Shown in pieces: positions 20,932-29,946 of a stretch of DNA of 64,000 nt; position 1 is the first letter of the stretch, and the number at the start of each line of letters is the position of its first letter. A program made the position numbers and the translations under genes. The notes beneath the pieces are model-generated. The model was not told the DNA's origin. It did no database searches and saw only the letters and a program-made list of their open reading frames with translations. The stretch spans positions 1,980 to 65,979 of the forward strand of contig JAHIMF010000041.1 in assembly GCA_018896645.1 (NCBI GenBank). Direction: 5' to 3'. The DNA comes from Patescibacteria group bacterium. Lineage in GTDB: Bacteria > Patescibacteriota > Patescibacteriia > UBA2591 > JABMQE01.

Positions 20932-22347
20932 ATGAAAATATTATTAATAAATGAACCCTTGCGCGACAGTATCGCTGATAATGACCAAGTTAACCTAGCC
21001 GAAGAAAGCCACATGATTCCTCCTTTGGGTTTGCTTTATATTGCTTCAGTTATTAAAAAAAAATCAACTCATAATGTTAGGCTTTTTGATTGCCAAGTTG
21101 ATAAGTTATCATATGATGGTATTCGAGAAGCAGTAAAGAAAATTAAACCCGATGTCGTGGGCATGAATACGCTCACCTTTACCCTTATTGAGGTTTTGGA
21201 AGTGGCGCGACTGGTGAAAGAAGTTGATCCTAAAATAAAAGTTATTTTAGGCGGGGTTCATGTAAACATTTACCCCGAAGAAACCATTTCATTTCCTGAA
21301 GTGGATTTTTTAATACTTGGCGAGGGAGAGAATGTTATTGTTGAACTGTTAGATGCGATTAGCGATGAGGACAAGCTACGGCAAGTGACTGGCGTTGTTT
21401 TTAAGAATTCTCAAGGTGAAATTATAAATACTGGAAAGCGCCCGCTTATAACTAATCTGGATGAAATACCCTTTCCAGCGCGCGAGTTAACGGCTTATCA
21501 GAAATATACAGGCTTGCTCTCAAGCGAGTCGCCAATTACCAGTATGTTAACCTCCCGCGGTTGTCCATATAATTGTTTATTTTGTCACCGTCCCCATTTT
21601 GGCAGAATTTTTAGGGCTAGGAGCGCTGGCAATGTAGTAAAAGAGATGATACTTTGTAGGGATATGGGTATTAAAGAAATTATTATTTATGATGATACAT
21701 TTACGATTGATAGACAGCGTGTGGTTGATATTTGTAAGCAGTTAATAGATAATAAGGTGAAGATTAAATGGGACGTGCGAGCTCGCGTAGATACAGTTGA
21801 TAAAGAATTACTTAATTTAATGAAAGAAGCTGGCTGTGTGCGGATTCACTATGGTGTGGAAGCAGGGACTCAAAAAATATTAGATGTTTTGCGTAAAGGA
21901 ATAACACTTGATATGGCTTATGATGTTTTTAAAATGACAAAGCGGGCCGGTATCGGAACTTTGGGTTATTTTATGATTGGCTCACCTCGGGAAACCAGGG
22001 AAGATATTATGGCTACGATAAAATTTGCTACTAGTTTGAAGGCGGATTATATTTTTGCTGGCATCACTACTTTATTTCCAGCAACTGATTTATATCAGAT
22101 GGCGCTTAAGGAAGGTGTGATTAAAACAGATGTATGGAAAGAGTTTGCGCGTAGCCCACAAGAGAATTTTGTTCCGCCAATCTGGGATAAAGAGCTTTCG
22201 CAAGAAGAACTTGGCGAATTGATTAAAATGTTTTATAGAAAATTTTATAAACGGCCTAGCTATATTATTAAGAACCTATTAAGCATCCGGTCTCTCGAGG
22301 AGTTTAGGCGAAAATTTTCAGCCGGGTTTAATATTTTAAGAATTTGA
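20932..22347 (+). CDS. B12-binding domain radical SAM protein (paralog 4)
   Basis: 471 aa ORF. 'VILGGVHVNIYP' plus 'SRGCPYNCLFCH'. Confidence 0.8.
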   Translation: MKILLINEPLRDSIADNDQVNLAEESHMIPPLGLLYIASVIKKKSTHNVRLFDCQVDKLSYDGIREAVKKIKPDVVGMNTLTFTLIEVLEVARLVKEVDPKIKVILGGVHVNIYPEETISFPEVDFLILGEGENVIVELLDAISDEDKLRQVTGVVFKNSQGEIINTGKRPLITNLDEIPFPARELTAYQKYTGLLSSESPITSMLTSRGCPYNCLFCHRPHFGRIFRARSAGNVVKEMILCRDMGIKEIIIYDDTFTIDRQRVVDICKQLIDNKVKIKWDVRARVDTVDKELLNLMKEAGCVRIHYGVEAGTQKILDVLRKGITLDMAYDVFKMTKRAGIGTLGYFMIGSPRETREDIMATIKFATSLKADYIFAGITTLFPATDLYQMALKEGVIKTDVWKEFARSPQENFVPPIWDKELSQEELGELIKMFYRKFYKRPSYIIKNLLSIRSLEEFRRKFSAGFNILRI

Positions 22348-22351
22348 TGAT

Positions 22352-23764
22352 ATGTCTACACTACTCGTAAATCCTCCCTACAGCGAAAAGATATACCAAT
22401 CTAAGAAAGCGCCTTCGGTTCAGCCGCCGATTGGCTTGGCCTACTTGGCGGCTTTTTTAGAACAGGAAGGCGAGAAGGTAGGAATTTTGGATGCCAATGC
22501 CGAACAGTTGAGTGTTGAAGAAACCGCCAGGCGTATTTGTGATTCTGGCGCTAAATTTATTGGATTTGGCGCGGTGACTCCGATTATTCCTATTGTTTAT
22601 AGAATTGCCGGGTTGGTGAGAAAGGATTCTGATGCAGTAATTTTTGTTGGCGGTCCCCATGTCACTTTTATGGACGATGTCACCCTAAATGACTGCCAGG
22701 CAATTGATTATATTGTTCGTGGTGAAGGTGAGCTTGTGATAAACAATTTAATAAGGACGGTTAAAGTTAATGGTGATATTTCTAGAGTTCGGGGGATTAC
22801 TTACAGAAAGGGTGATAGTATTGTAAAGAATGAGCCGGAAAAACTTATTACTGATATTAATACACTCCCGTTTCCGGCCCGGCATTTACTGCCATTGGAT
22901 TTATATCGGCCATCGCCGTTATTTGATCGTGGTTATAAAGGCAAGAGCTATGCCCGGATTATGACGACCCGGGGTTGTCCGACTCGCTGTATCTTTTGTG
23001 TTTCTCCTCATTTCTGGGGTCGAGTTCGGATACGCAGCGCCGAGAATGTTTTTGCTGAAATAAAACATTTGTATGATATTTATGATGTTAGACACATAGA
23101 TTTCTTGGATGACACTTTAACTTTGGCGCCATCACGGATGGAGAAAATCTGCGACCTAATGATTGAACATAGTTATAAGATTAATTGGACTTGCTATTCC
23201 CGTGTTGATACTCTTAGCGAGGCGCTGGTCAAAAAAATGAAAATGGCTGGGTGCTCTGTTATTCAGCTCGGGGTAGAAAGCGGGAATCAGAAAATTATTA
23301 AAAGAATCAAAAAAAATATCCGTCTTGAGGATGTGGAGCGGGTGGCGCGGATTGTTAGAAAAAATAATATTAAACTGATGGCAGACTTTATGATTGGCCT
23401 GCCCGGCGAGACCGAGGAAACAGTGATCCAAACGATTGACTTTGCTAAAAAAATAAAGCCCAACATTGCGGCTTTTTGTATTACTACACCCCTGCCAGGT
23501 ACTGAATTATACTGGGAGCTTCGTCGTGAAGGCAAGATTAAACCAGGTTATATCTGGGGCAATATGGGTTTGCACTATGGTTCAAACTATAGCACTGAAT
23601 ATTTATCAAGCGGTCGGTTAAGTGAATTATATCACTTAGCTCATAAGAAATTTTATTTGCGTTTTAAGTTTTTTGGACAGTCGTTTGTCTGGCTTTTAAA
23701 AAACCCGTATGATATAAAGAATTATTTTTACTTGGCAAAAGATTTGCTTTTAAAGAGGGTTTAG
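22352..23764 (+). CDS. B12-binding domain radical SAM protein (paralog 5)
   Basis: 470 aa ORF. 'IFVGGPHVTFM' plus 'TRGCPTRCIFCVS'. Lies 4 nt after paralog 4, forming a tandem pair. Confidence 0.8.
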   Translation: MSTLLVNPPYSEKIYQSKKAPSVQPPIGLAYLAAFLEQEGEKVGILDANAEQLSVEETARRICDSGAKFIGFGAVTPIIPIVYRIAGLVRKDSDAVIFVGGPHVTFMDDVTLNDCQAIDYIVRGEGELVINNLIRTVKVNGDISRVRGITYRKGDSIVKNEPEKLITDINTLPFPARHLLPLDLYRPSPLFDRGYKGKSYARIMTTRGCPTRCIFCVSPHFWGRVRIRSAENVFAEIKHLYDIYDVRHIDFLDDTLTLAPSRMEKICDLMIEHSYKINWTCYSRVDTLSEALVKKMKMAGCSVIQLGVESGNQKIIKRIKKNIRLEDVERVARIVRKNNIKLMADFMIGLPGETEETVIQTIDFAKKIKPNIAAFCITTPLPGTELYWELRREGKIKPGYIWGNMGLHYGSNYSTEYLSSGRLSELYHLAHKKFYLRFKFFGQSFVWLLKNPYDIKNYFYLAKDLLLKRV

Positions 23765-24411
23765 TTTTTTTTAAATCCCATTACAGTAATTGGCGATAAA
23801 AAACCAAAGAGAAAAATATTATTCTTTTTTACTAATGAAAAATTATTTTTCGAGAGAATATTAACTATTTCCTTTGATGCAGTAAAAGTCGTCAGAGCGC
23901 CTTTGGTATGCAGGCGCTCTTTTATTTTCTTGAAAAAAGTATAGAGATTATTTTTATTTTTAATCTCAACAAGCAACAGGTGATTTGTCACTCGAGCCAG
24001 TTCAGTCAAAGCTTTCAGAAGAGCATTTTGGGGCAATAAATGCAAAGTGTTAAGGCAGACACAGAGATCAAACTGATTATCAGAGAATGGAAGCTGGGTG
24101 AGGTCAGCCTTTAGAAATGAGACATTGGGTTGCCCTTTCGTTTCTTTTTTGGCAATGGTTATCATATCTTCGGCAAAATCAATGCCAATAATTTTGCTTT
24201 CAGAGAATTTTTGTGCCAGTTTTGTTGTTAAATCCCCCCGGCCGGAACCCGCGTCTAAGATCGTCTGTGGTTTGGATCCAATCATCAGGAGTAGTTTTCT
24301 GCGCGCCCATTTTTGAGCTTTAAAGGCAAGGGATTTTGGGGAATCATAGTATCCTTTTTCTTCTTGGGCCGCTTTATTGAAAAATTTTTTTACATCATTT
24401 TCTTGATTCAT
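23761..24411 (-). CDS. class I SAM-dependent methyltransferase
   Basis: 216 aa ORF. 'ILDAGSGRGDLTTKLAQKF...IIGIDFAEDMI' motifs I and II. Confidence 0.7.
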   Translation of the reverse strand: MNQENDVKKFFNKAAQEEKGYYDSPKSLAFKAQKWARRKLLLMIGSKPQTILDAGSGRGDLTTKLAQKFSESKIIGIDFAEDMITIAKKETKGQPNVSFLKADLTQLPFSDNQFDLCVCLNTLHLLPQNALLKALTELARVTNHLLLVEIKNKNNLYTFFKKIKERLHTKGALTTFTASKEIVNILSKNNFSLVKKNNIFLFGFLSPITVMGFKKN

Positions 24412-25366
24412 CTTTGTGTCTGAAAAGCTTAAGCATTTTTTTTATTATAAAATAAAATTTATCATAAACCAGCCAATGAATAATTTTTTTGCTTACCAGC
24501 CAATTGAAAATTTGATAGTTGTACATGTCGGCGGCCAGACCATGGCTTGGTTTTTTAAAAGAGTGAATTTTTAGTTCGCCAATTATGTTATTTGGTTTAA
24601 TCGGGCCGATACCTAATGATTCGCCAATTTTAAGGTGGCTGATTTCTTGGGGAAAAAAACCCATCATTTGGGTAGCAACACTATCAGTGGTGACGGGGTT
24701 AAATCCGGCGATAAGAGTGTCTAGTTTAACACATGTACCCAGAACTGGGCCAGTGCCTTCCATAGCTTGGGTGGCGTCAATTAGGGAGAGATGGGGACTG
24801 ATAGCTTTGGCGAGCTGGGCGATGGATTTATGCAAGCCTTTGAGATGAATTTTATGGATTGAAGTTTCGCTAGCCAAGCCCATCAAATTTTTCATTGACA
24901 AAGAAGCCAGGGTTGCAGTGTGGGTTTTCATCACCGGCAGGGAGATTATGTAGTCAGCTTCGAATACTACTTTATAGATTTCTAAAAATTTAAGGGGGCT
25001 GGCTGGGATTTCCACTCGCCTTGTTAATTGAGTATTCAGATTGACCACCTTAATTTTATCGTTTTCCAGTTTTCTAAAACCGCTGCGTTCAATCGCCTTT
25101 TTGGTCATTATTTTTGAAGAAGTGCCTTCGGCGATAATAATATTTTTGCCTAAAGCAAGAAGCGCGGTAGTCAACTCTCGGGCGACTTCAAAACTGGTGA
25201 TAGCGCACGATGTGTAGTCGTCCACGGCCGCAGCGCGGAGATTGACTTTGATAAGAATATTTTTTTTATCTTTTAAAATTTCAGGTAAATTAAGAGCGTC
25301 AAAGACTGATTTGACGGCTCCTGGTTGTTTGGCGATAACGACAGTTGAATTCTGGTATTGACTCAT
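24395..25366 (-). CDS. DUF362-like protein
   Basis: 323 aa ORF. N-terminal 'VVIAK...ILIKVNLR...' pattern resembles the DUF362 K-P-N-L block. Confidence 0.4.
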   Translation of the reverse strand: MSQYQNSTVVIAKQPGAVKSVFDALNLPEILKDKKNILIKVNLRAAAVDDYTSCAITSFEVARELTTALLALGKNIIIAEGTSSKIMTKKAIERSGFRKLENDKIKVVNLNTQLTRRVEIPASPLKFLEIYKVVFEADYIISLPVMKTHTATLASLSMKNLMGLASETSIHKIHLKGLHKSIAQLAKAISPHLSLIDATQAMEGTGPVLGTCVKLDTLIAGFNPVTTDSVATQMMGFFPQEISHLKIGESLGIGPIKPNNIIGELKIHSFKKPSHGLAADMYNYQIFNWLVSKKIIHWLVYDKFYFIIKKMLKLFRHKDESRK

Positions 25367-25382
25367 AGACTATTTAAAAATA

Positions 25383-25426
25383 TAAAAATACAAGATTACA
25401 AGAATATAAAAATAACGAGAATTTAT
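25383..25426. repeat. partial, inverted copy of MITE-like family A core
   Basis: The reverse complement 'ATTCTCGTTATTTTTATATTCTTGTAATCTTGTATTTTTAT' matches the core of copies A and C (CGTTATTTTTATATTCTTGTATT). Confidence 0.4.
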
Positions 25427-25436
25427 TCCTGTATTT

Positions 25437-26513
25437 TTATCTAGCGAGTCGTTTTCTAATTATGGGTCCTAGATGTTGAGCTAGGGAGATTGGTATAAAA
25501 TATTTCCAGATAAATGAGATAAATTTGAAACCGAGGTTGTGAGTTGTTAGATTTTGTTTCGAAGGTTTTGCCTGCCCGCCGTAGCCTTGGCGAAGGCGGG
25601 AGTTTTCTGGATATAAATAGAAAATATAATTATTTTGAATTTTTGCGCCCCATTTTTCTTTATACCTTTTTTGATTTTCGTAACGAACTGGTCCAAAATC
25701 AAAGCTTGTGTAGCCGTGTTCACAGCCCCACTTGATAAATTCCCAATGAGCCAAATCGTTAGGGCGGCAGTTCCAGAATTTTTTTAAAGAAGGATTTTTG
25801 GTAATGTGGATATTTTTTCCGCAAGTAAAACCCATTAGTGCGGCCACTACCAGCCCGTCTTTAGTGACTAGATATAATTTTAAGTCATTACTAAAACATT
25901 TTAGTTTGTTTAAAAAGTAATCAAGAGAATGCGGCGGCGTACCAAATCGTTTCATTGATTTGAGGTACAGAGGGTAAAAATGATTTTTGATCGCTTCGGG
26001 TGAATTGTTTTGAGAACACTTTAGGTTTGCGGACTCTGATTTCTTGATTGCTTTGCGGACGCTATAGTCAAATTTTTTGAAAAGCGAGTCGGGGTCTTTA
26101 TCTAAGATAAGAACAGCCCTGGAGTCATTTGGTTGCTTTTGGAAATGTTTCTGTAAAGAAGAGGATTGGATGTTTAATCCAGAGATAATTTTTAAATAAT
26201 TAATATTTTTTTCTTGCAAAAAGTTTTTTAATGCCTGGACGATTTCAGCTGGACTGACGATTGGATTTATTATAATTAAATCTCCATAGTCGGCAAAGGG
26301 CATGGAGATTAATTTTTTGTTTTTGCGAACGGCTGGAAGCAAGGCGATGATTTGTCCTTGATTTTTGATGAGGAGATAATTTGGCTTGTAATAGTAAGTT
26401 TCTTTTAGAACATTTTTGAAATTTGTGGTTTCACTAAAACGACAGAAGGGAGATTGTTGAATCAATTTGTCCCATATTTTTTCAGTATCGTTGGATAAGA
26501 GTTTGATTTCCAT
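25437..26513 (-). CDS. FemAB-like / GNAT-fold acyltransferase family protein (putative)
   Basis: 358 aa ORF. Overall architecture resembles the FemAB/Acetyltransf_6 family; no catalytic motif could be verified by eye. Confidence 0.35.
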   Translation of the reverse strand: MEIKLLSNDTEKIWDKLIQQSPFCRFSETTNFKNVLKETYYYKPNYLLIKNQGQIIALLPAVRKNKKLISMPFADYGDLIIINPIVSPAEIVQALKNFLQEKNINYLKIISGLNIQSSSLQKHFQKQPNDSRAVLILDKDPDSLFKKFDYSVRKAIKKSESANLKCSQNNSPEAIKNHFYPLYLKSMKRFGTPPHSLDYFLNKLKCFSNDLKLYLVTKDGLVVAALMGFTCGKNIHITKNPSLKKFWNCRPNDLAHWEFIKWGCEHGYTSFDFGPVRYENQKRYKEKWGAKIQNNYIFYLYPENSRLRQGYGGQAKPSKQNLTTHNLGFKFISFIWKYFIPISLAQHLGPIIRKRLAR

Positions 26514-26518
26514 AAGGT

Positions 26519-27373
26519 CTATTTTAACTCTCTTCTGATAGCAGCAATTTGGTCAACCATAATCCCAAAGAAGAATATTAAGATGGTTGAAACGAAAAGA
26601 AGTATTGTTGAGTCGGAAATATTACGGCTTAAGATATCGTTTACAAGAAGAAAAATTGTTAGCAGAAAGAGGACAAAAGTAAGGGGCAGGAAGATTCGCA
26701 GGGGCGAGAATAAAGTGATTAGTCTGACGATGAGCATAAAAGTGTTTACAGCATCAGCTGGCTTGACACTGCTTTTCCCTTGGCGTTTGTTTATGGTAAT
26801 TGGAACGTATTTAACGTTTAGGCCGGTCTTAAAGAAGGTGAGAGTAATAGTTGTTGTTAAAGAGAAGCCATCGGGAAAGAGGTGGGCAAAACGCAAAAAA
26901 TGTTTTCTTTTTATTAATCTAAAGCCAGAGTTTAAGTCTGGTATTTTGTGTCCCGAAAGATAGTTTGCCGCCAGGTGCAAAATTTTTTTCCCCGGCTGTC
27001 TAAGCCACGGCCCTTGGTAGCCTTGCCGGGCGCCAATTATCATATCATACTCGTTTGTGTGTTTTAATAATTCAGAGATGTATTTTGGATTGTGCTGGCC
27101 GTCAGCATCATAAAACATAACCCAATCGTATTTGGCATTTTTTACGCCGGTTTTTAAGGAAGCGCCATAACCTTTATTATAGGGGTGGTTGATTGGTTTA
27201 ATGCAGCTGATTTTTTTTAAGAGCTCTTTTGTTTGGTCGTTTGACCCGTCGTTAACAACAATAATTTCGTGTTCAATATTAAAATCAGCCAGCTGACATT
27301 TGAGTTGGTTTAGAACTTCGTTTATTGATTTTTCTTCGTTATAAGCCGGGACAATTATTGATAGCTGTTTCAT
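26519..27373 (-). CDS. glycosyltransferase family 2 (DPM1-like polyprenyl-phosphate glycosyltransferase) with C-terminal TM helices
   Basis: 284 aa ORF. 'LSIIVPAYNEEKSI', 'VVNDGSNDQT' and 'DADGQH' GT2 motifs. Confidence 0.8.
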   Translation of the reverse strand: MKQLSIIVPAYNEEKSINEVLNQLKCQLADFNIEHEIIVVNDGSNDQTKELLKKISCIKPINHPYNKGYGASLKTGVKNAKYDWVMFYDADGQHNPKYISELLKHTNEYDMIIGARQGYQGPWLRQPGKKILHLAANYLSGHKIPDLNSGFRLIKRKHFLRFAHLFPDGFSLTTTITLTFFKTGLNVKYVPITINKRQGKSSVKPADAVNTFMLIVRLITLFSPLRIFLPLTFVLFLLTIFLLVNDILSRNISDSTILLFVSTILIFFFGIMVDQIAAIRRELK

Positions 27374-28239
27374 GGTGATGTTTTCTCTTGGCTTAGATAT
27401 TGGCCCAAAGATATAAAATTAAATTTATCTAATAATTTTTCAAATTTTTTAAACGCATTTTTTTTGTTCCAATAGAGCAATTTTTTTTTGTGCCAGGGCG
27501 CCGAAACATTTGGAATATGAGGGTCAAGCTCATGTTGGTGAATATAGATAACCGGAATAGTTTTTTTAGCGATGGATTTCAGTAAGAGTGAAAAGAAAAA
27601 GAGCGGGAACAAACGAAAATAGATGCCGCCAGCAACCGGGATATTTAAGCCAGCTATGTTTTTAGCGGCAATAGGAAATTCAAGAATTGAAGATTCACTA
27701 TCAGATTTTTTGACATCATTAAAACTAATTTTGTATGGTTGGCAAGAGATCATGGCGTTTTTTTTCATAACCTGAAATGCGGGGAATATGCTTGAATCAC
27801 AAATGTAGTGATATTTTTGAAGGATTGGCAGGAGCCATTTAGTGCTATTGTTCAAAGAACATCGCGGGGCGCGGAATATTTTAGGGGATGTGCCGGTTAT
27901 GGCCGTTAATACAGCCGTGGATTTTTTTATTTCTTGTTCGCAGGAATCTGGGTTCATGTCCCACAGGGCGAGATGAGAATATCCGTGATTTGCGATTTCA
28001 TGACCCGATATTATTATTTTTTTTATCAGTCCCGGGTATTTTTCCGCTAACTGCCCCAATACAAAAAAGGTGGCAGTACATTTTTTTTGCTGTAATAGTT
28101 TGAGAAGTTTTTCAGTTGCCGGGACAACCGTATCAGACAAATTATTTTTGTTTTTGGGGAGATAGTTTTTTAAAAATTCTGAATTATGCCAGAATTCCAA
28201 ATCAATCGTAAGGATAATTTTTGGTTTTTTTGGGTTCAT
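27370..28239 (-). CDS. polysaccharide deacetylase-like protein
   Basis: 289 aa ORF. The N-terminal 'ILTIDLEFW' is reminiscent of the 'LTFDVEDW' block of DUF3473/polysaccharide-deacetylase proteins. Confidence 0.45.
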   Translation of the reverse strand: MNPKKPKIILTIDLEFWHNSEFLKNYLPKNKNNLSDTVVPATEKLLKLLQQKKCTATFFVLGQLAEKYPGLIKKIIISGHEIANHGYSHLALWDMNPDSCEQEIKKSTAVLTAITGTSPKIFRAPRCSLNNSTKWLLPILQKYHYICDSSIFPAFQVMKKNAMISCQPYKISFNDVKKSDSESSILEFPIAAKNIAGLNIPVAGGIYFRLFPLFFFSLLLKSIAKKTIPVIYIHQHELDPHIPNVSAPWHKKKLLYWNKKNAFKKFEKLLDKFNFISLGQYLSQEKTSP

Positions 28240-28300
28240 TATTTTTAAAGAAAAGTTTTTTTTAATTCTTGTCTCGCGGTATATTAGAGTAGCGTTGGAC

Positions 28301-29701
28301 CTATTGTCCCCTAAATTTTAAAACAATATTTATAGTTTTTAAAATAATGCTTAAATCCAGAAACAAAGAATAGTTTTTAATGTAATATAAATCATATTGA
28401 AGTTTTTCCAAAGTTTCTTTTTTGGAGCCGCCGTAAGCTGGACCTTCAATTTGAGCCCAACCGGTGAGACCCGGCTTAACCAGTAATCGTTGGCGATAAA
28501 ACGGTATTTCTTTCTCTAATTCTTGGACAAATTCCGGTCTTTCCGGTCTTGGCCCCACAAAGCTCATCTCGCCGCGGATTATATTAATAAGCTGAGGAAT
28601 TTCATCAAGGCGGCTTTTGCGCAGGAATTTTCCAACAGGGGTGACGCGCGGATCATCTTTTTGGGCCCATTTGGGGCCGTGTTTTTCGGCATTAATGTAC
28701 ATAGAGCGGAATTTCATGGCGAGAAAGGCTTTTCTGTTTTTGCCGGTTCTTTTTTGTTTGAATATAATCGGGCCCTTGCTGCCTATTTTAATGGCTATTG
28801 CAATAAGAGGAGCGATTATGATTGAGGGGACAAGGACAACGCATCCCAGAGTAAAGTCGAAAATTTTTTTAAAGAATTCATAGTAAACTTTTTTATGGGT
28901 GGTGATATTTTCTAAAAGCCATATTTGGTTTATGGTCGTAAGGGGAATTTTTCCGATAACGACTTCATAAAAAGTTGGCAAGTCAACAAAAGCCACTTTA
29001 AGGGGGATACAGTCTAAAAGGGTTTTTTGTAAGTCATCGGCTTTATGAATATCCGAAGTGATAATAAGCTGCTCAATTTTTTCTTGTTCAATAATGCTTT
29101 TTAGGCTTGACAGGTTATTAATAATTTTTATTGATTGCGGCAGATTAATTTCATTTGATTCACAATTATCTTTATCAATAAATGCAACTAACTTGTAGCC
29201 CAACTGCGGATGGCTAATAATTTGTTCAGCAAGATTCAAAGATTCCTTATTGATGCCGATTATGGCGACATTGCTTAGCAGGCGGCTTGATTTTAAGGTT
29301 TTATTAAATAAATTACGCCAAAGATAAATCAAACCAAAAGAAATGATAATATTTAGAAATAAATTGGTTTTTGGAGTAATAAGCAGCTGGGGGATAAAGT
29401 AAAAAATCAGAACAGTTAAACCAGCGCTAAAAAGGTAAGCCCTAATCAAAGTTTGATAAAAGTTTGATTTATTAACCGCGGTTTTAAGTTCGTAAAGATT
29501 ATGGATGTAAAAGATAATAATCCAAAAAAGATACACAAAGATAAAAGGCAAAAAGTGCAGCTGCCAAATCTCTGAATTAAAATCAAAATTAAACTCGTTG
29601 CGGTACCTTATAAGCAAAGTTAAAATCAAAGAAATTTCCAGGATTAGAAAATCACCAATAAGGAGAACAAGTTTTTTAATCAGGGTTGTAGAATTATTCA
29701 T
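28301..29701 (-). CDS. polyprenyl-phosphate sugar-1-phosphate transferase (bacterial sugar transferase, WcaJ/EpsL-like) - initiating transferase
   Basis: 466 aa ORF with N-terminal TM helices. The C-terminal 'MSFVGPRPERPEFV...KPGLTGWAQI' is the PF02397 signature. Confidence 0.85.
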   Translation of the reverse strand: MNNSTTLIKKLVLLIGDFLILEISLILTLLIRYRNEFNFDFNSEIWQLHFLPFIFVYLFWIIIFYIHNLYELKTAVNKSNFYQTLIRAYLFSAGLTVLIFYFIPQLLITPKTNLFLNIIISFGLIYLWRNLFNKTLKSSRLLSNVAIIGINKESLNLAEQIISHPQLGYKLVAFIDKDNCESNEINLPQSIKIINNLSSLKSIIEQEKIEQLIITSDIHKADDLQKTLLDCIPLKVAFVDLPTFYEVVIGKIPLTTINQIWLLENITTHKKVYYEFFKKIFDFTLGCVVLVPSIIIAPLIAIAIKIGSKGPIIFKQKRTGKNRKAFLAMKFRSMYINAEKHGPKWAQKDDPRVTPVGKFLRKSRLDEIPQLINIIRGEMSFVGPRPERPEFVQELEKEIPFYRQRLLVKPGLTGWAQIEGPAYGGSKKETLEKLQYDLYYIKNYSLFLDLSIILKTINIVLKFRGQ

Positions 29702-29783
29702 AAGCCCATTATAGCTAATTTTTACAGGTTTGTCAATTTTGTTTTCCTTGTATAATTTTGTGGGGGATGATATAATTAGAATG

Positions 29784-29906
29784 CATTAAAGCATTAAAAA
29801 TATAAAAATAAAATAATATAAAAATAAATGAAGAGGTGATTTTATATTATTTTATTATTTTATTTTTATATTCTTGTATTTTTATAATCGTTCTCGTGCT
29901 TTAATG
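29784..29906. repeat. MITE-like element, family A (copy 2), with the same 10-bp TIRs CATTAAAGCA/TGCTTTAATG and a long internal imperfect palindrome
   Basis: TIRs at 29784-29793 and 29897-29906. The interior 'TAAAGCATTAAAAATATAAAAATAAAATAATATAAAA' has its reverse complement downstream. Shares TTTTTATATTCTTGTATTTTT with copy 1. Confidence 0.5.
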
Positions 29907-29946
29907 TTTTAGTATTTTTATATTTTTAAGTTTTTATATTTTTATT

